64,000 bases of DNA from Deltaproteobacteria bacterium. Its GTDB lineage: Bacteria > Myxococcota_A > Polyangia > Polyangiales > Houyiibacteriaceae. Position 1 is the stretch's first letter. Every line of letters starts with the position of its first letter. The stretch covers positions 1 through 64,000 of the forward strand of contig JAXMNT010000012.1 of assembly GCA_034670305.1 (NCBI GenBank). The letters run 5' to 3'. The translations under genes were made by a program, and so were the position numbers. Below, piece by piece: positions 1-10,600 of the stretch. Under the pieces are notes generated by a model. The model made no database searches. It had not been told where the DNA came from and worked only from the letters and a program-made list of their open reading frames with translations.

Positions 1-727
1 ACTCACTATCCGCAACACAGCGACCACAGTCGGGCACTGTATCGACCTCGGTTTCCGTACACTCACTCGTCGCCGGATTGCAGCTGGTGCCCTCGCAGGC
101 GGTTCCTTCAGTCTCAATCGTGCACTCGACGCACACACCCGACTCACCGGTCATGTCGCACACGCCTGCACCATCCTCCGTGCACTGGTCGCTGTCGTCG
201 CAGGGGACGCAGGTGTTCGTGCCGGTGTCGCACTTGCCCGTATCCGCATCCGTACAATCCGAGTCACCCGCGCACGCGACGCACGTCCCATCCACGGCAC
301 CGCTGTCGCCGCAGACAGGTGCATCGGGATACTCAGAACAATCCGCCGGTCCCGTACAGGGGCCGCAGACTCCGCCGGCTCCGCAGACCGGCGCCGTCTC
401 ATCGCAGTGCGAATCACCCAAACACGCGACGCAGGTGTCCGTGTCCGTGTCGCAGTGGGGCGTGGCGCCCATGCAGGCGCCGCCGCACGCCATCGGCGCG
501 TCGGTGCCGGCGTCGTCCACTTCGCCGGTGTCAGGCCCGCCGTCGTTCATGCCGGTGTCCGTTTCCGAGACGCAGCGATCCCCGACCAACATGAAGCCGG
601 TGCGGCAGATGCACATGCCGTCAACTTCCATCGCTTCGGGATCGCATTCGAGATCGGTACAGCCGATGGCCAAAACGATGGCCAAAACGCTGGCCAAACC
701 AAGACAGACAATTGCGCGGATGATCAT
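1..727 (-). CDS. Cys-rich lipoprotein, paralog 3 of tandem array (3' end runs off window)
   Basis: Translated by hand from ATG at 727: MIIRAIVCLGLASVLAIVLAIGCTDLECDP...DAGTDAPMACGGACMGATPHCDTDTDTCVACL. Lipobox-like AIGC; same Cys-rich core as the two neighbouring genes; no stop before base 1. Not in the ORF track because it is truncated. Confidence 0.85.
   Translation of the reverse strand, partial: MIIRAIVCLGLASVLAIVLAIGCTDLECDPEAMEVDGMCICRTGFMLVGDRCVSETDTGMNDGGPDTGEVDDAGTDAPMACGGACMGATPHCDTDTDTCVACLGDSHCDETAPVCGAGGVCGPCTGPADCSEYPDAPVCGDSGAVDGTCVACAGDSDCTDADTGKCDTGTNTCVPCDDSDQCTEDGAGVCDMTGESGVCVECTIETEGTACEGTSCNPATSECTETEVDTVPDCGRCVADSE
121..517. repeat. ~400-bp near-identical coding cassette, copy 1
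   Basis: Matches 1273-1698 and 2434-2859 almost base for base (e.g. gccccatgcagg..ccgccgcacgccatcggcgcg, tcgcagtg..gcgt..cgccc). Confidence 0.9.
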
Positions 728-742
728 TGCCGGCACCGTGCG

Positions 743-1816
743 CTACAGCTCGCAGTACCGAGGTGTCTCCCCCATCACGCAACTTACGCCGTCACAGTCC
801 GAATCACCTGCGCAGCGTACGGTGCAGAGGACCGATGCGGCGTCCTGCCGTCGACACAGGCCATCGTCAAGACCCGTGACACCACAGACGTCGTCGTCAT
901 CGAACGGAGTTTCGCAGGGCATGTCACGTGCGTGGTTGAGGCCTACGCATGTTGTGAACGCGAGCCCGCAAACCGAGACATCGGTGGCACCGCTAATCGT
1001 CGTGACCACCTCACCATCCACGTAGGGCGCAACGGTTGAGCACGCGCCCCCGGGCCCGCCGCCGCCGCTGGCATCTTCTCGCCACAAACAGAAGTTCCCG
1101 ACGAACGTGTCTCCGGGTCCGAAGACCATTGGGACACATACACGTCCCTCGCTGCACTGCCGGTCGCTCACACATTCCTGACAGTTCCCGGTCATCTCGG
1201 CGGGCGTCTCCGTGCAGGTCATGGCTTCGACGTCGCAAACGTTGTCTCCGCAGGCGGTCTCGTCGCCAGCGTTGCACTCCACGCACACGCCCGACTCAGC
1301 GCTCATGTCGCACACGCCCGCACCGTCCTCGGTGCACTGGTCGCTGTCATCGCACGGCACACACGTGTTGGTGCCGGTGTCGCACTTGCCCGCATCCGCG
1401 TCCATACAGTCCGCGTCCCCAGCGCACGCGACGCACGTCCCGTCCGCCGCGCCGCTGTCTCCGCACACAAGCGCATCCGGGTACGCCGCACAATCGGCCG
1501 GACCGGTACACGGGCCACACACGCCGCCGGCGCCGCATACCGGCGCGCTCTCGTCGCAGTGGGTGTTGTCCAAGCATGCGACACAGGTGTCGGTGTCCGT
1601 GTCGCAGTGCGGCGTCGCGCCCATGCAGGCTCCGCCGCACGCCATCGGCGCGTCCGTGCCGGCGTCGTCGCCGTCGCCACCGTCGGACCCGGCGTCGTGC
1701 CTACCGGCGTCTGCCATGACGCACCGACCATCCATGTCGACGGTGCCCTCAGGGCAGTCGTCGGTCCCGCAGTTGGCCAACAGCAGGAGAGCGGCCATCG
1801 AACCGAGATGTCTCAC
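743..1816 (-). CDS. Cys-rich lipoprotein, paralog 2 of tandem array
   Basis: 357 aa ORF with signal peptide and LANC lipobox, DAG acidic linker, many CxxCxxxxxC motifs. Confidence 0.88.
   Translation of the reverse strand: MRHLGSMAALLLLANCGTDDCPEGTVDMDGRCVMADAGRHDAGSDGGDGDDAGTDAPMACGGACMGATPHCDTDTDTCVACLDNTHCDESAPVCGAGGVCGPCTGPADCAAYPDALVCGDSGAADGTCVACAGDADCMDADAGKCDTGTNTCVPCDDSDQCTEDGAGVCDMSAESGVCVECNAGDETACGDNVCDVEAMTCTETPAEMTGNCQECVSDRQCSEGRVCVPMVFGPGDTFVGNFCLWREDASGGGGPGGACSTVAPYVDGEVVTTISGATDVSVCGLAFTTCVGLNHARDMPCETPFDDDDVCGVTGLDDGLCRRQDAASVLCTVRCAGDSDCDGVSCVMGETPRYCEL
1273..1698. repeat. ~400-bp near-identical coding cassette, copy 2
   Basis: Direct repeat of 121-517 and 2434-2859. 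Confidence 0.9.
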
Positions 1817-1918
1817 GGGCTGGATCCTACCTGAGCGTCACGAGTGAGGGGGAGACGGAGCCGTGGTCGACACCGCGGCGTCCTCGTTGAACATGCGGTC
1901 CTCAAGGTGGAGGCGAAG

Positions 1919-3013
1919 TCACGAGCCACCGCCGCAGTAGTCGTTGGGGGCTGTGTCCCCGCACGTGTTGCCCGCGCTCGGCGGTGCCTTGCACTGGGTG
2001 GGGTCGGAGCACGCGTAGGTGCAGCGGTTGGCGAGGCCGTCGACGCTTTCGCACAGACCGCTCATCGGACACTCCTCGTCCATGCCACCTGGACACATGG
2101 CGTCGTCCAGCAGTGCGCGGACCGCTTCGCAGGTGACCAATGCTTCGTTGGGGCCGCAGAAGCGTCGCTCCTCGACCCCACTCGCGGTGGTTCGACCGGT
2201 GAGCGTCGCAGCAAAAGGTCGCTCGCAGCCCCCCGCGCTGTCCCGATCGGTCAGGCAGTAAGTGCCGCGGTCGGCCGCCATGAACTGAAGCGGGACGCAG
2301 CGGGCGTTCGTCGGGCACTCGCTGTCCGCTGCGCACGACTCGCAGAGGCGCACGCTTCCAAGGGCGGTGCCCGTGCAGGTCTGAGTGGTCGGGTGACAGC
2401 TGTTTCCACCGCACGCAGATTCATCGTCGACGGTGCACTCCACGCATACGCCCGACTCACCGGTCATGTCGCAGACGCCCGCGCCGTCTTCGGTGCACTG
2501 GTCGCTGTCGTCGCAGGGGACGCAAGCATTCGTCGCCGTGTCACACTTGCCCGCGTCCGCGTCCGTACAGTCCGCGTCCCCAGCGCACGCGACGCACGTC
2601 CCGTCCGCCGCGCCGCTGTCTCCGCACACGGGCGCGTCGGGATATTCAGAGCAGTCGGCCGGTCCGGTACACGGACCACAGACACCGCCCGCACCACACA
2701 CCGGCGCGCTCTCGTCGCAGTGCGATGCATCCAGACATGCGACGCAGGTGTCCGTGTCCGTGTCGCAGTGGGGCGTGGCGCCCATGCAGGCTCCGCCGCA
2801 CGCCATCGGCGCGTCGGTGCCGGCGTCGTCGCCGTCGCCACCGTCGGACCCGGCGTCGTCCTCACCACCATCGGTCATTCCGTCCGGGACGCAGGCGTCT
2901 CCTTCGACGTGGAAGCCTGGGTCGCACTCCAGGCTGGTGCAGCCGGCGAGAACGCCAAGAATCGAAATCAAGCCAATCGTACGCATCGCCATCCCCTTAG
3001 AAGTGGTGCTCAA
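1919..3013 (-). CDS. Cys-rich lipoprotein, paralog 1 of tandem array
   Basis: 364 aa ORF with LAGC lipobox and shared Cys-rich core; start may be one of the slightly downstream Met codons (MAMRTIG). Confidence 0.88.
   Translation of the reverse strand: MSTTSKGMAMRTIGLISILGVLAGCTSLECDPGFHVEGDACVPDGMTDGGEDDAGSDGGDGDDAGTDAPMACGGACMGATPHCDTDTDTCVACLDASHCDESAPVCGAGGVCGPCTGPADCSEYPDAPVCGDSGAADGTCVACAGDADCTDADAGKCDTATNACVPCDDSDQCTEDGAGVCDMTGESGVCVECTVDDESACGGNSCHPTTQTCTGTALGSVRLCESCAADSECPTNARCVPLQFMAADRGTYCLTDRDSAGGCERPFAATLTGRTTASGVEERRFCGPNEALVTCEAVRALLDDAMCPGGMDEECPMSGLCESVDGLANRCTYACSDPTQCKAPPSAGNTCGDTAPNDYCGGGS
2434..2859. repeat. ~400-bp near-identical coding cassette, copy 3
   Basis: Direct repeat of 121-517 and 1273-1698. 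Confidence 0.9.
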
Positions 3014-4088
3014 GCTGGAGTGTAGAGGGTCCGAGGCCGACGCGCGTCCCCTCCCCTGCAGGTTCGTCGTCGCTGCCCACGGACAGCCAGAGCCAGAGGC
3101 CGACGCCGATCAGTGCGACCGTAGCGATGCCCCAGCCGAGGCCGAGGCCGAGGCCGAGTTGGGTGTCGCGGCAGCCGTCCGTCACTTCTTCTTCGCAGCC
3201 GGCCAACGCGACGATGGTGCCGACTTCGGCGACTGCGGAGGCGAGGCCGAGGGCCGTCATGGCGATGCCTAGGCCGGGGCCTCGGCGTTCTCCTCCGCCG
3301 CCGGGCGTCTCTGCTTCTTCGTCTTCGCCGGGGACGAGCTGGAAGCGGACGGCCATGTCTTCTTGCACGTCGATGGTGCGGGTCTGGGAGATGTAGCCGG
3401 CTTGGCTGATGGTGACTCGGTGCTCGCCGTTCGAGAGGTTGAGCTCTCGGGGGAGGACGCCGGCGGGGACTCCGTCGACGCTGATGGCGGCGCCGACGGG
3501 CGTGCCTCCGACGTTCAACAGGCTGCTGGTTTCGCCTCTCAGCTCGGCGACGACGACGGCGACGGCGCGGCGGGCGGTGTCTTCGATGTCGCCTTCGCCG
3601 ATGCGTTCGCGCGCGTCGACCAGCGCCCCGCGCACGTCGTACGCAGCGACGACCAAGTCGTACGGGGTGTCGGTATGGGCGCGGGAGTAGACGGCGACCC
3701 GCACGGCGTAGTCGAAGTCGTGGGAGCGGAGCGCTTGGCCGAGGCAGGGGCCGGCGTCTTCGGCTTCGGCGCACTGGGCGATGGCGGCGTTGAGCTCGTC
3801 GTGGCTGGTGGAGGGGGTGAAGCCGAGCGAGGTGAACGCTTCGACGACCGCCTGCACGGCGACCTCAGCGGAGCCGGACAGCGCTTCGTTGTTGGTGGTG
3901 GCTTCGGGGAGCACGGCGACCTGCTGGGCGGTCGCGGAGTTGAGCGCGCCCGTGAGCACGAGGGTACAGACGGCGAGCTGAGCCAACCGGAAGCCAGACC
4001 GCCGAACGACGACCTTGGCCAAGCGCGCGCCAACGGGCTCTGTTCCACCGGAAAGCGGTGCGGTCTTTTCGAGGAGCACTCGGAGCAT
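2997..4088 (-). CDS. PEGA domain protein with C-terminal hydrophobic helices
   Basis: C-terminal part of the 2997..4976 ORF; ATG at 4088 overlaps the upstream TGA. PEGA-like LNVGGTPVGAAISVDG..G..P...L..GEHRVTISQAGY, two hydrophobic segments, ends LQLEHHF. Confidence 0.8.
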   Translation of the reverse strand: MLRVLLEKTAPLSGGTEPVGARLAKVVVRRSGFRLAQLAVCTLVLTGALNSATAQQVAVLPEATTNNEALSGSAEVAVQAVVEAFTSLGFTPSTSHDELNAAIAQCAEAEDAGPCLGQALRSHDFDYAVRVAVYSRAHTDTPYDLVVAAYDVRGALVDARERIGEGDIEDTARRAVAVVVAELRGETSSLLNVGGTPVGAAISVDGVPAGVLPRELNLSNGEHRVTISQAGYISQTRTIDVQEDMAVRFQLVPGEDEEAETPGGGGERRGPGLGIAMTALGLASAVAEVGTIVALAGCEEEVTDGCRDTQLGLGLGLGWGIATVALIGVGLWLWLSVGSDDEPAGEGTRVGLGPSTLQLEHHF

Positions 4089-5785
4089 CAGAAGCGGCCT
4101 CTCCATCGAAGCGACGCGCCGCCTTGTTCGGTGCCGACCTCGAGGGTGCCCGAGGGGTCGCGTCCAAAGAGATAAACGAGCGGGACGGTCAGAAGGGGGA
4201 CGGCGGCCATGCCGAGCAACATCGCGCGTCCGCCGCCTTGGCCACGGTCGACGCACTGTTGAGGGGTGTCGGCGATGTTGTCGCAGCCGCCTTCGAGCGT
4301 GACCGCCGCAACCACTGCGCCCGCGAGTGCGCCGACGCCGAGTGCGCCGCTGACCCAGCCCCACCACGGCACGCCTTCGCGTTCCGGGAGCGCGAGCACC
4401 GCGCCCGCGCCGAGCAAGACGCCGCCGAGTGCGGCGAAGGCGTAGGTGCGCGGGCCGAGGTCGTTCCACTTGGCTTGCCGCTGGAGGTAGTCGATGTCGG
4501 ACGGCATCGCGATGACGTAGCGGTCGCCGGCGCTGTCGCGCTGGAAGTGGAACACGGCGCCGAGCGAGAGGCCGGCGACGCCGAGCACCGCGGCGCCGAT
4601 GCCGGTGTACGTGCGCCACGCGGGGAGCGGCGTGGTGGGTGCGCTCGGCGCTTCGACTTCTTCTTCGACCTCGGGTGCGACCGCGGCTTCGAGCGCGGCG
4701 ACCAGATCCGGTGCGTCGAGGGCGACGGCGTTGCCGGCGCTGGTCTCGGTGACCGCGCGCAGGGTCCAGCCACCAGGCGCGGGTTCGAGGAGCGCGACGC
4801 GGGCGCCGATGCGCGAAGCGAGCAGGCCGGCGATGCGGACCGACTCGGCACTCGGTTTGATGTGCACGATCGGCCGGCTGTCGACGTGTTCGTCGAACGC
4901 GCTGTCGACGGTGATCTCCGTCAGCCCTTCGGTGACCTGCGCGCGGTACACGCGGCCGCGCACTTCGGGATCGCACTCGACCTGCAGCCGGTAGATGCCC
5001 TGCGCGACGTCGTCGAGCGCAAACGGGGTCTCGCCCTGTTGCACGCCGTTGAGCCGCACGATGCAGCCGGGCGGCTCACTGTGGACGCGGATGCGGCCGG
5101 CCGGTTCGCGGGCCGCGGCGCGGTCGAGGCGCTCGAGTATCTCGACGACTTCCGGCGTGTGGCGGTGCTGCGAAGGTTCGACGCGCGGCACGAGGCGGCG
5201 GCACTCGCGCGCTTGGGCTTCGGCTTCTTCGGACTGCAGGGTCTCGATGAGCGCGCGCACCATGTACAGGCAGGTGTCGAGTACCTGACGGGCGCGGGCG
5301 GCTTCGCGGTTGAGTTCTTCGGCGGCCGCGGTGCTCAGCTCTTGGGTCATCAAGAGGTCGCGGCGGGCGGCGTCGTAGTCGGCGCGGGCGAGGTTGCGCA
5401 CGGCGGAGCGGGAGGTGGCGACCCACTCGTCGATCTGGCGCTGGGTGAGCGACGACGCCGGCATGGAGATGCGCTGCTCGAAACGCTCATGCGCGTTCTC
5501 GGCGCTGACCACCGACTGGCCGGCGCGCTGGAGCTGCTCGGTCACCTGGTCGACGATGGCAGTGGCGGTCTCGGGCTCGGCGGTGACCGGGACGACCCAC
5601 CAGGTCTCACCGGCGACGGCGGCGACTTCGGCAGACGGCACTTCCTGGATTGGGTCGGCGTATGCGGTTGCAGTTGAAGCGACCGCTGCGCAGAGGCAGA
5701 ACGCACGCCACCATCGAGTCTTGCCCCTCACGGAGCGGTATGTTGGCCAAACCGCGGACGGAGGCAAGGAATCTGTGGGAGACAT
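4088..5785 (-). CDS. TPR-like/PEGA domain protein with C-terminal hydrophobic helices
   Basis: Signal peptide, helical region, PEGA-like IRVHSEPPGCIVRLNG...GETP...GIYRLQV, several Gly-rich hydrophobic segments, ends SLRWRGRF. Confidence 0.82.
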   Translation of the reverse strand: MSPTDSLPPSAVWPTYRSVRGKTRWWRAFCLCAAVASTATAYADPIQEVPSAEVAAVAGETWWVVPVTAEPETATAIVDQVTEQLQRAGQSVVSAENAHERFEQRISMPASSLTQRQIDEWVATSRSAVRNLARADYDAARRDLLMTQELSTAAAEELNREAARARQVLDTCLYMVRALIETLQSEEAEAQARECRRLVPRVEPSQHRHTPEVVEILERLDRAAAREPAGRIRVHSEPPGCIVRLNGVQQGETPFALDDVAQGIYRLQVECDPEVRGRVYRAQVTEGLTEITVDSAFDEHVDSRPIVHIKPSAESVRIAGLLASRIGARVALLEPAPGGWTLRAVTETSAGNAVALDAPDLVAALEAAVAPEVEEEVEAPSAPTTPLPAWRTYTGIGAAVLGVAGLSLGAVFHFQRDSAGDRYVIAMPSDIDYLQRQAKWNDLGPRTYAFAALGGVLLGAGAVLALPEREGVPWWGWVSGALGVGALAGAVVAAVTLEGGCDNIADTPQQCVDRGQGGGRAMLLGMAAVPLLTVPLVYLFGRDPSGTLEVGTEQGGASLRWRGRF

Positions 5786-5893
5786 AGGTGCCTTCTCGCC
5801 CAGTCACCGGGGCAGTTGCGTACGATGTTTGCGCGAACGCGGGCCTTGGCCGCGGGCACGTGGTAGCGTCCGAGCCTTGTTTTGGAGGGGTGA

Positions 5894-7588
5894 ATGCGCA
5901 GTCTTGCGGTTGTTTGTGCGATTGTTGGCGTGGTGGGACTCACGGCTTGTGGTGAGGACGGCTGCCCGCCTGGCTCGGTAGAATTCGAAGGGCGCTGCGT
6001 CGCGCCGGACGACGCCGGCGCAGACGCGCCGGGCGCGGACGCGCCGGGTGGGGACGACAGCTGCGTGGCAACGGCCGAGATCTGCGACGGGATCGACAAC
6101 GATTGCAATGGCATGACCGACGAAGGCGCGGACATCGCGGACACCTGCGGCGCGTTGCCGGCCGGAGCGACGGCGTGGAGCTGCGACGGCGGGTGTGTGA
6201 TCGCGACGTGCGAGGACGGACTCGACGATTGCAACGGAGACGCGAGCGACGGGTGCGAAGCGCGCCTGGACACGGCGGCGACCTGCGGCAGCTGCGACGT
6301 GGGGTGTGGGTCGGGTGAGACCTGCGGCGACGCGGCGTCGTGCACGCCAGCGGCCACCCACGACTGGTCGGGGCGGTTCGGCGTGGCGGGAGACGACGAG
6401 GTCGTTTCGCTCACGGTCGGTTTGCCCGGCAACGTGTATGTGGGCGGGAACACCGACGGGGCCATCAACCTCGGCGGTGGGGCAGTGACCGCCAACGGGT
6501 CGCGGGATGGCTGGGCGGCCCAGTTCTCGGACGACGGCAGCCACGTGTGGTCGCGGAGTTTCGGTGGGCCGTCCGACGACACCTTCGAAGCCGTCATCGT
6601 CGGTCGCGACGAGGGTCCGGTGATCGGTTTCGCGACCGGGACGTTTCAGTCGCGCATCGAAGGCATGGACAGCGTTGGCCGAGACGACATCTGGATCGGG
6701 ACCTTCAATGAGACCACGGCTCCGACGAGTTTGACTGTCTCTGGCTCCGCCGAAGACGACCGCATTGGCGGGTTCGGACGAGGGGAAGGCGCGATCAACG
6801 TCTTCGGCCAGGCCGGCGGCAACCTGCCCGAGTTCGACGCAGAGAGCGTCGCCGGACCCTTTCTCGCCGACATCTTCGAGAGCTGGTTCGTGCAGCCGTT
6901 TGTGACCGCAGAGTTTCTTGGGTCCACCTCGGACGCCGCGCGCGCCATCGCGGGCGGGTGGTTCTCTGGGCACACGGACTTCACCGGCGGCTTCGATGCG
7001 GACGGGCGGGACGGGTTCGTGTTGGGGCTGCGGGCCGATGGCCGCGAGCGATGGTTCGTGCAGCTCAGCGGACCGGGCGACGAAGCGATCGAAGACGTGG
7101 CATTCGAGGCGGGCACGGTGTTCGTCGTGGGACAACTCGAAGAGAACGCGGCGGCCACGCTCGGGACCCTCGACCTCACACCGACGAGCGCGGACGCGCT
7201 GGTGATCGCGGCGCTCGAGTCGGACGGGACGCCGCGGTGGGCGCGGGCGAACGTCGGTGCGGTGTCGCCGACCGCGATCGTGGCGGTCGCCGATGGGTTC
7301 TTCGTGGTCGGGTCGTTCGACCGGGCGACGGACTTTGGGTCGGGCACCATCACGCCGGCCGGGCAGGATGGCATCGTGCTTCGCTTCGATGCGGACGGGA
7401 ACCTGCGGTGGGCGCTTCCGATCGCCGGCTCGGGCGACGCGGAGATCACCACCGCAGATGTGTTCGTGGATGGGGGCTCGACGTACCTCTACGTGGGCGG
7501 CTGGTTCGATGGCGAGATCGAGCTCGATGGCACCCACTCGTCGGCCGGTGGGCGCGATGCGTTCCTCGCGCGCTTCGAGGTGTTCTGA
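5894..7588 (+). CDS. lipoprotein: Cys-rich N-terminus plus beta-propeller-like (SBBP-type) repeats
   Basis: LTAC lipobox; EICDGIDNDCNG motif; repeated G..D.....f...G...W....gG blades. Confidence 0.8.
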   Translation: MRSLAVVCAIVGVVGLTACGEDGCPPGSVEFEGRCVAPDDAGADAPGADAPGGDDSCVATAEICDGIDNDCNGMTDEGADIADTCGALPAGATAWSCDGGCVIATCEDGLDDCNGDASDGCEARLDTAATCGSCDVGCGSGETCGDAASCTPAATHDWSGRFGVAGDDEVVSLTVGLPGNVYVGGNTDGAINLGGGAVTANGSRDGWAAQFSDDGSHVWSRSFGGPSDDTFEAVIVGRDEGPVIGFATGTFQSRIEGMDSVGRDDIWIGTFNETTAPTSLTVSGSAEDDRIGGFGRGEGAINVFGQAGGNLPEFDAESVAGPFLADIFESWFVQPFVTAEFLGSTSDAARAIAGGWFSGHTDFTGGFDADGRDGFVLGLRADGRERWFVQLSGPGDEAIEDVAFEAGTVFVVGQLEENAAATLGTLDLTPTSADALVIAALESDGTPRWARANVGAVSPTAIVAVADGFFVVGSFDRATDFGSGTITPAGQDGIVLRFDADGNLRWALPIAGSGDAEITTADVFVDGGSTYLYVGGWFDGEIELDGTHSSAGGRDAFLARFEVF

Positions 7589-7621
7589 CGCGGCCCGTCG
7601 GACGGTTGAGTTGGCCTGCGC

Positions 7622-10600
7622 GTGTCGGGGGCGGGTGATACACCCAGGTCCGTGCGCTCGCGGGAATCATGGCTGGTCACGGTGAAGCGCACGCTGCTCG
7701 AGTGGTTGGCGCTCTCGCTCTTTCGGATGAGCACGGCGGATCTCACGTCGCTTGGATTGCAGCTCGGGTTCTCGCCCAAAGACATTCACGAGGCGCTGGG
7801 CGCGCTCGAGTCCGCGGGCAGCGTGCACTTGCGGCCGCAGTCGCCCGGGCAGCCGCGCGGGTACGAACTGGATCCGGACCGGGTGCTCGACATCGTCGAC
7901 GAACTGATCGCGGCCGGCACGCTGCACGAACGCGCGGCGCCGTTTCTGCGCTTCACGCCGAACTTCCGCTACGACGCGGGGCAGCTCGACGCGATGCGCG
8001 GCATCCGGCTGACCTGGCTGACCGGCGACGAGGGCTACACGGAGCGGTTTCGTGGGCGCAAACTCCGGGTGACCGACCGGCTGGCGATGTTCTGGCCGAA
8101 GCCGACCCGGCGGCAGCTCGACCAGCTCGCGGAGGGGTACCTCGACGAGGTGGTGGGGCTCTGTCATCTCGCCGCGTTTCAGCAGTGGCTGCCTCCGGGC
8201 GCGGCGGCGGACGCCGACATGCCGCGCCGCAACGAGGTGCTCATCGCGTCGGAGAGTTTTCTCCAGGGGCGGATGCCAGGACCGGACGACGTGCCGCCGC
8301 ACGGGTCGTGGTTCGGGCAGGGGCTGCACGCGATCGGTGCGCAGTTGCGGGGCGAGGATCCACGCGCGCTCTTTCGCAACGCGGCGGCGTTCCTCGGCGA
8401 CCGGCGCGAACACCTGCCGATGCCGTTTGCGCTCTTCCAAGCGGTGGCGCTGCTCCGGGAGGGGAGCGACGAGAGTCTCGAGTGGCTGGAAGCGCTCACA
8501 CGGCAAGAGAGTGCCGAGGCTGTCGCCATCGAAACGATTTCGGTGCTGCAGGAGCTCACGCCGGAGCTCCCGGACATCGGGTACATCCGAGAGCTCGGTC
8601 CGTGGGCGCGGCTCTTCTGGGCGACCGCGGTTGGGTGGACCGAGCGCGCGATGTACCGCGAGACGGCGCTTGAAGAACTCGACCTGCTCGAAGCGATGGC
8701 GGTGGTTGCCGAGCTCGCGTGGCCGGCGGCGCAGTGCCAGGCGGTGCGCACCTGGTTGCAGAGCGGTCCAGGTTCCAAGCCCGGTCCTGCGGCGCCCGGC
8801 ACGTTGCCCGCGCTCTACGCGCCGCCGCCCCGGTGGGAACGTTCGCTCGGCGCCGCGGCGCGGCTGCTCGAGACGAGCGAAGAATCATCGCGCGAAGAGC
8901 GGCTGGTGTTCGTCATCACGCGTGGTTCGACGGTGGTCGAGACGAAGATCCAGAAACGGAAAGCGAGCGGCGGGTGGACCTCGGGGCGCCTCGTTCGCAT
9001 CTCGAGTTTTCGGCCCCGGCCACCGATCCCGCTCACGCCCGCGGACCAGGCGGTGCTCGCGTACGTGAAGCTCGGCCACGTCTACAACTCGGACTGGGTG
9101 CTGCCGCCCGAAGGCATCGCGGCGCTCGACGGCCACCCGCGGGTGATGTGGGACACCGACCTGAAGCGCACCGTCGAAGTGAAAGCGGTGCCGCCGCACG
9201 TGCACCTCGAGCAGAACGACGACGGACTCAAGTTTCGGATCTCGGCGTTCTCGAAGGGCTTCGTGGACGCAGTGACACACGCGGAGATCTGCGTGTTCGA
9301 AGAGCGGGTCGAAGAAGCGTTCAAGTTGCTCGACGAGGTCACGGTGCCGGCCGACGGAATCAAGACCGCGATGGCCATGCTGCAGTCGCTCGAAGGCATC
9401 GCGCTCGTCACCTCGGATCTGAAGGAGAACGGCGACTTGCCGGAGCTCGCGGGCGACCCGCGGATCCGGGTGCGGCTGCAACGCGAGAAGGGCACCAAAG
9501 GCGAGATCGGGTTGAGCTTTCGGTGTTTGGTGGTGCCGCACCCGGCGGCGTCGGAGTTCGTGGCGGGCGAAGGTGCGGAGCGCATCGTCACGCGCAAGGC
9601 AGTCGTCGTGCGGGATCTCGACGCGGAGAAGACGAACCTCGCGGCGTTGCATGCGAAGTGCCCGACGATGAACCACTCGCTTGGCGAAGAGGTGAAGTCG
9701 CTCGAGAAGGCGCTCGATCTCTTGGCAGAACTGCGCGACGCGGGCGCGCGGGTGGAGTGGCCGAAGGGCAAGAAGCTCTCGCTCGTGCCAGACGGAGAGC
9801 AGAGGGTCGTGCTCAACATGGAGCGCAACGGGAACAACCTCTTTCGTAGCAAGGACCAGGGCGGGCTCGAGATCGACGCGCAGGTGGTCGCGTCGCTGCA
9901 GGAGCTGCTCTTCGCCCGGCGGTCCGGCAGCCGCTACGTGGCGGTGGGCAACGATCAGTTCGTGCGGCTCGAGCAGTCCGCGCGCGAGGCGCTGGGGGTG
10001 ATCGAAGCGTTCGAAGAAGAAGAGGTCGTGCACCCGCTGATCGCGCTCGCGCAACAGAAGGGGCTGACGCTCGTCGGCGACCCCCAGTTCGAACAGCAGT
10101 GTGCGGCGCTGCTCGCGGCCGGGGAGAAGTCGACCGAGATCCCGGCGGGTCTGAACGCAGAGCTGCGCGGCTACCAGGTGGCCGGCTACAAGTGGCTGGC
10201 GCGGCTGGGGCACATGGGACTCGGGGCGATCCTCGCGGACGACATGGGGCTCGGGAAGACGATCCAGACGCTCACGCTTCTGCTCTCGCGTTGTGAGGAC
10301 GGACCCGCGCTGGTGGTGGCGCCGACGAGTCTGCTGACCAACTGGGCGCGGGAGTCGGCGCGGTTCACGCCGGCGCTGAAGTGTGTGCGGCTCGCGGCCG
10401 GTGGCAGCGCGAAGGCGCGGAAGAAGGCGCTCACAGATGCGGGGCCAGGCACGGTGGTGCTCACGACCTACGGGCTGATGCAGCGGCAAGCAGCGCTCTT
10501 CGCGGAAAAGAAGTGGCACACGGTGGTGCTCGACGAAGCGCAGGCGATCAAGAACCCGGACTCGTTGAGGGCGAAGGCGGCGTTCCAGTTGAACGCCGAC

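Noticed and set aside
1-3013. Diversity-generating retroelement or TraA-type kin receptor
   Set aside because: No reverse transcriptase, no adenine-specific TR/VR pattern, and no PA14-like domain, MYXO-CTERM or adjacent OmpA-type traB.
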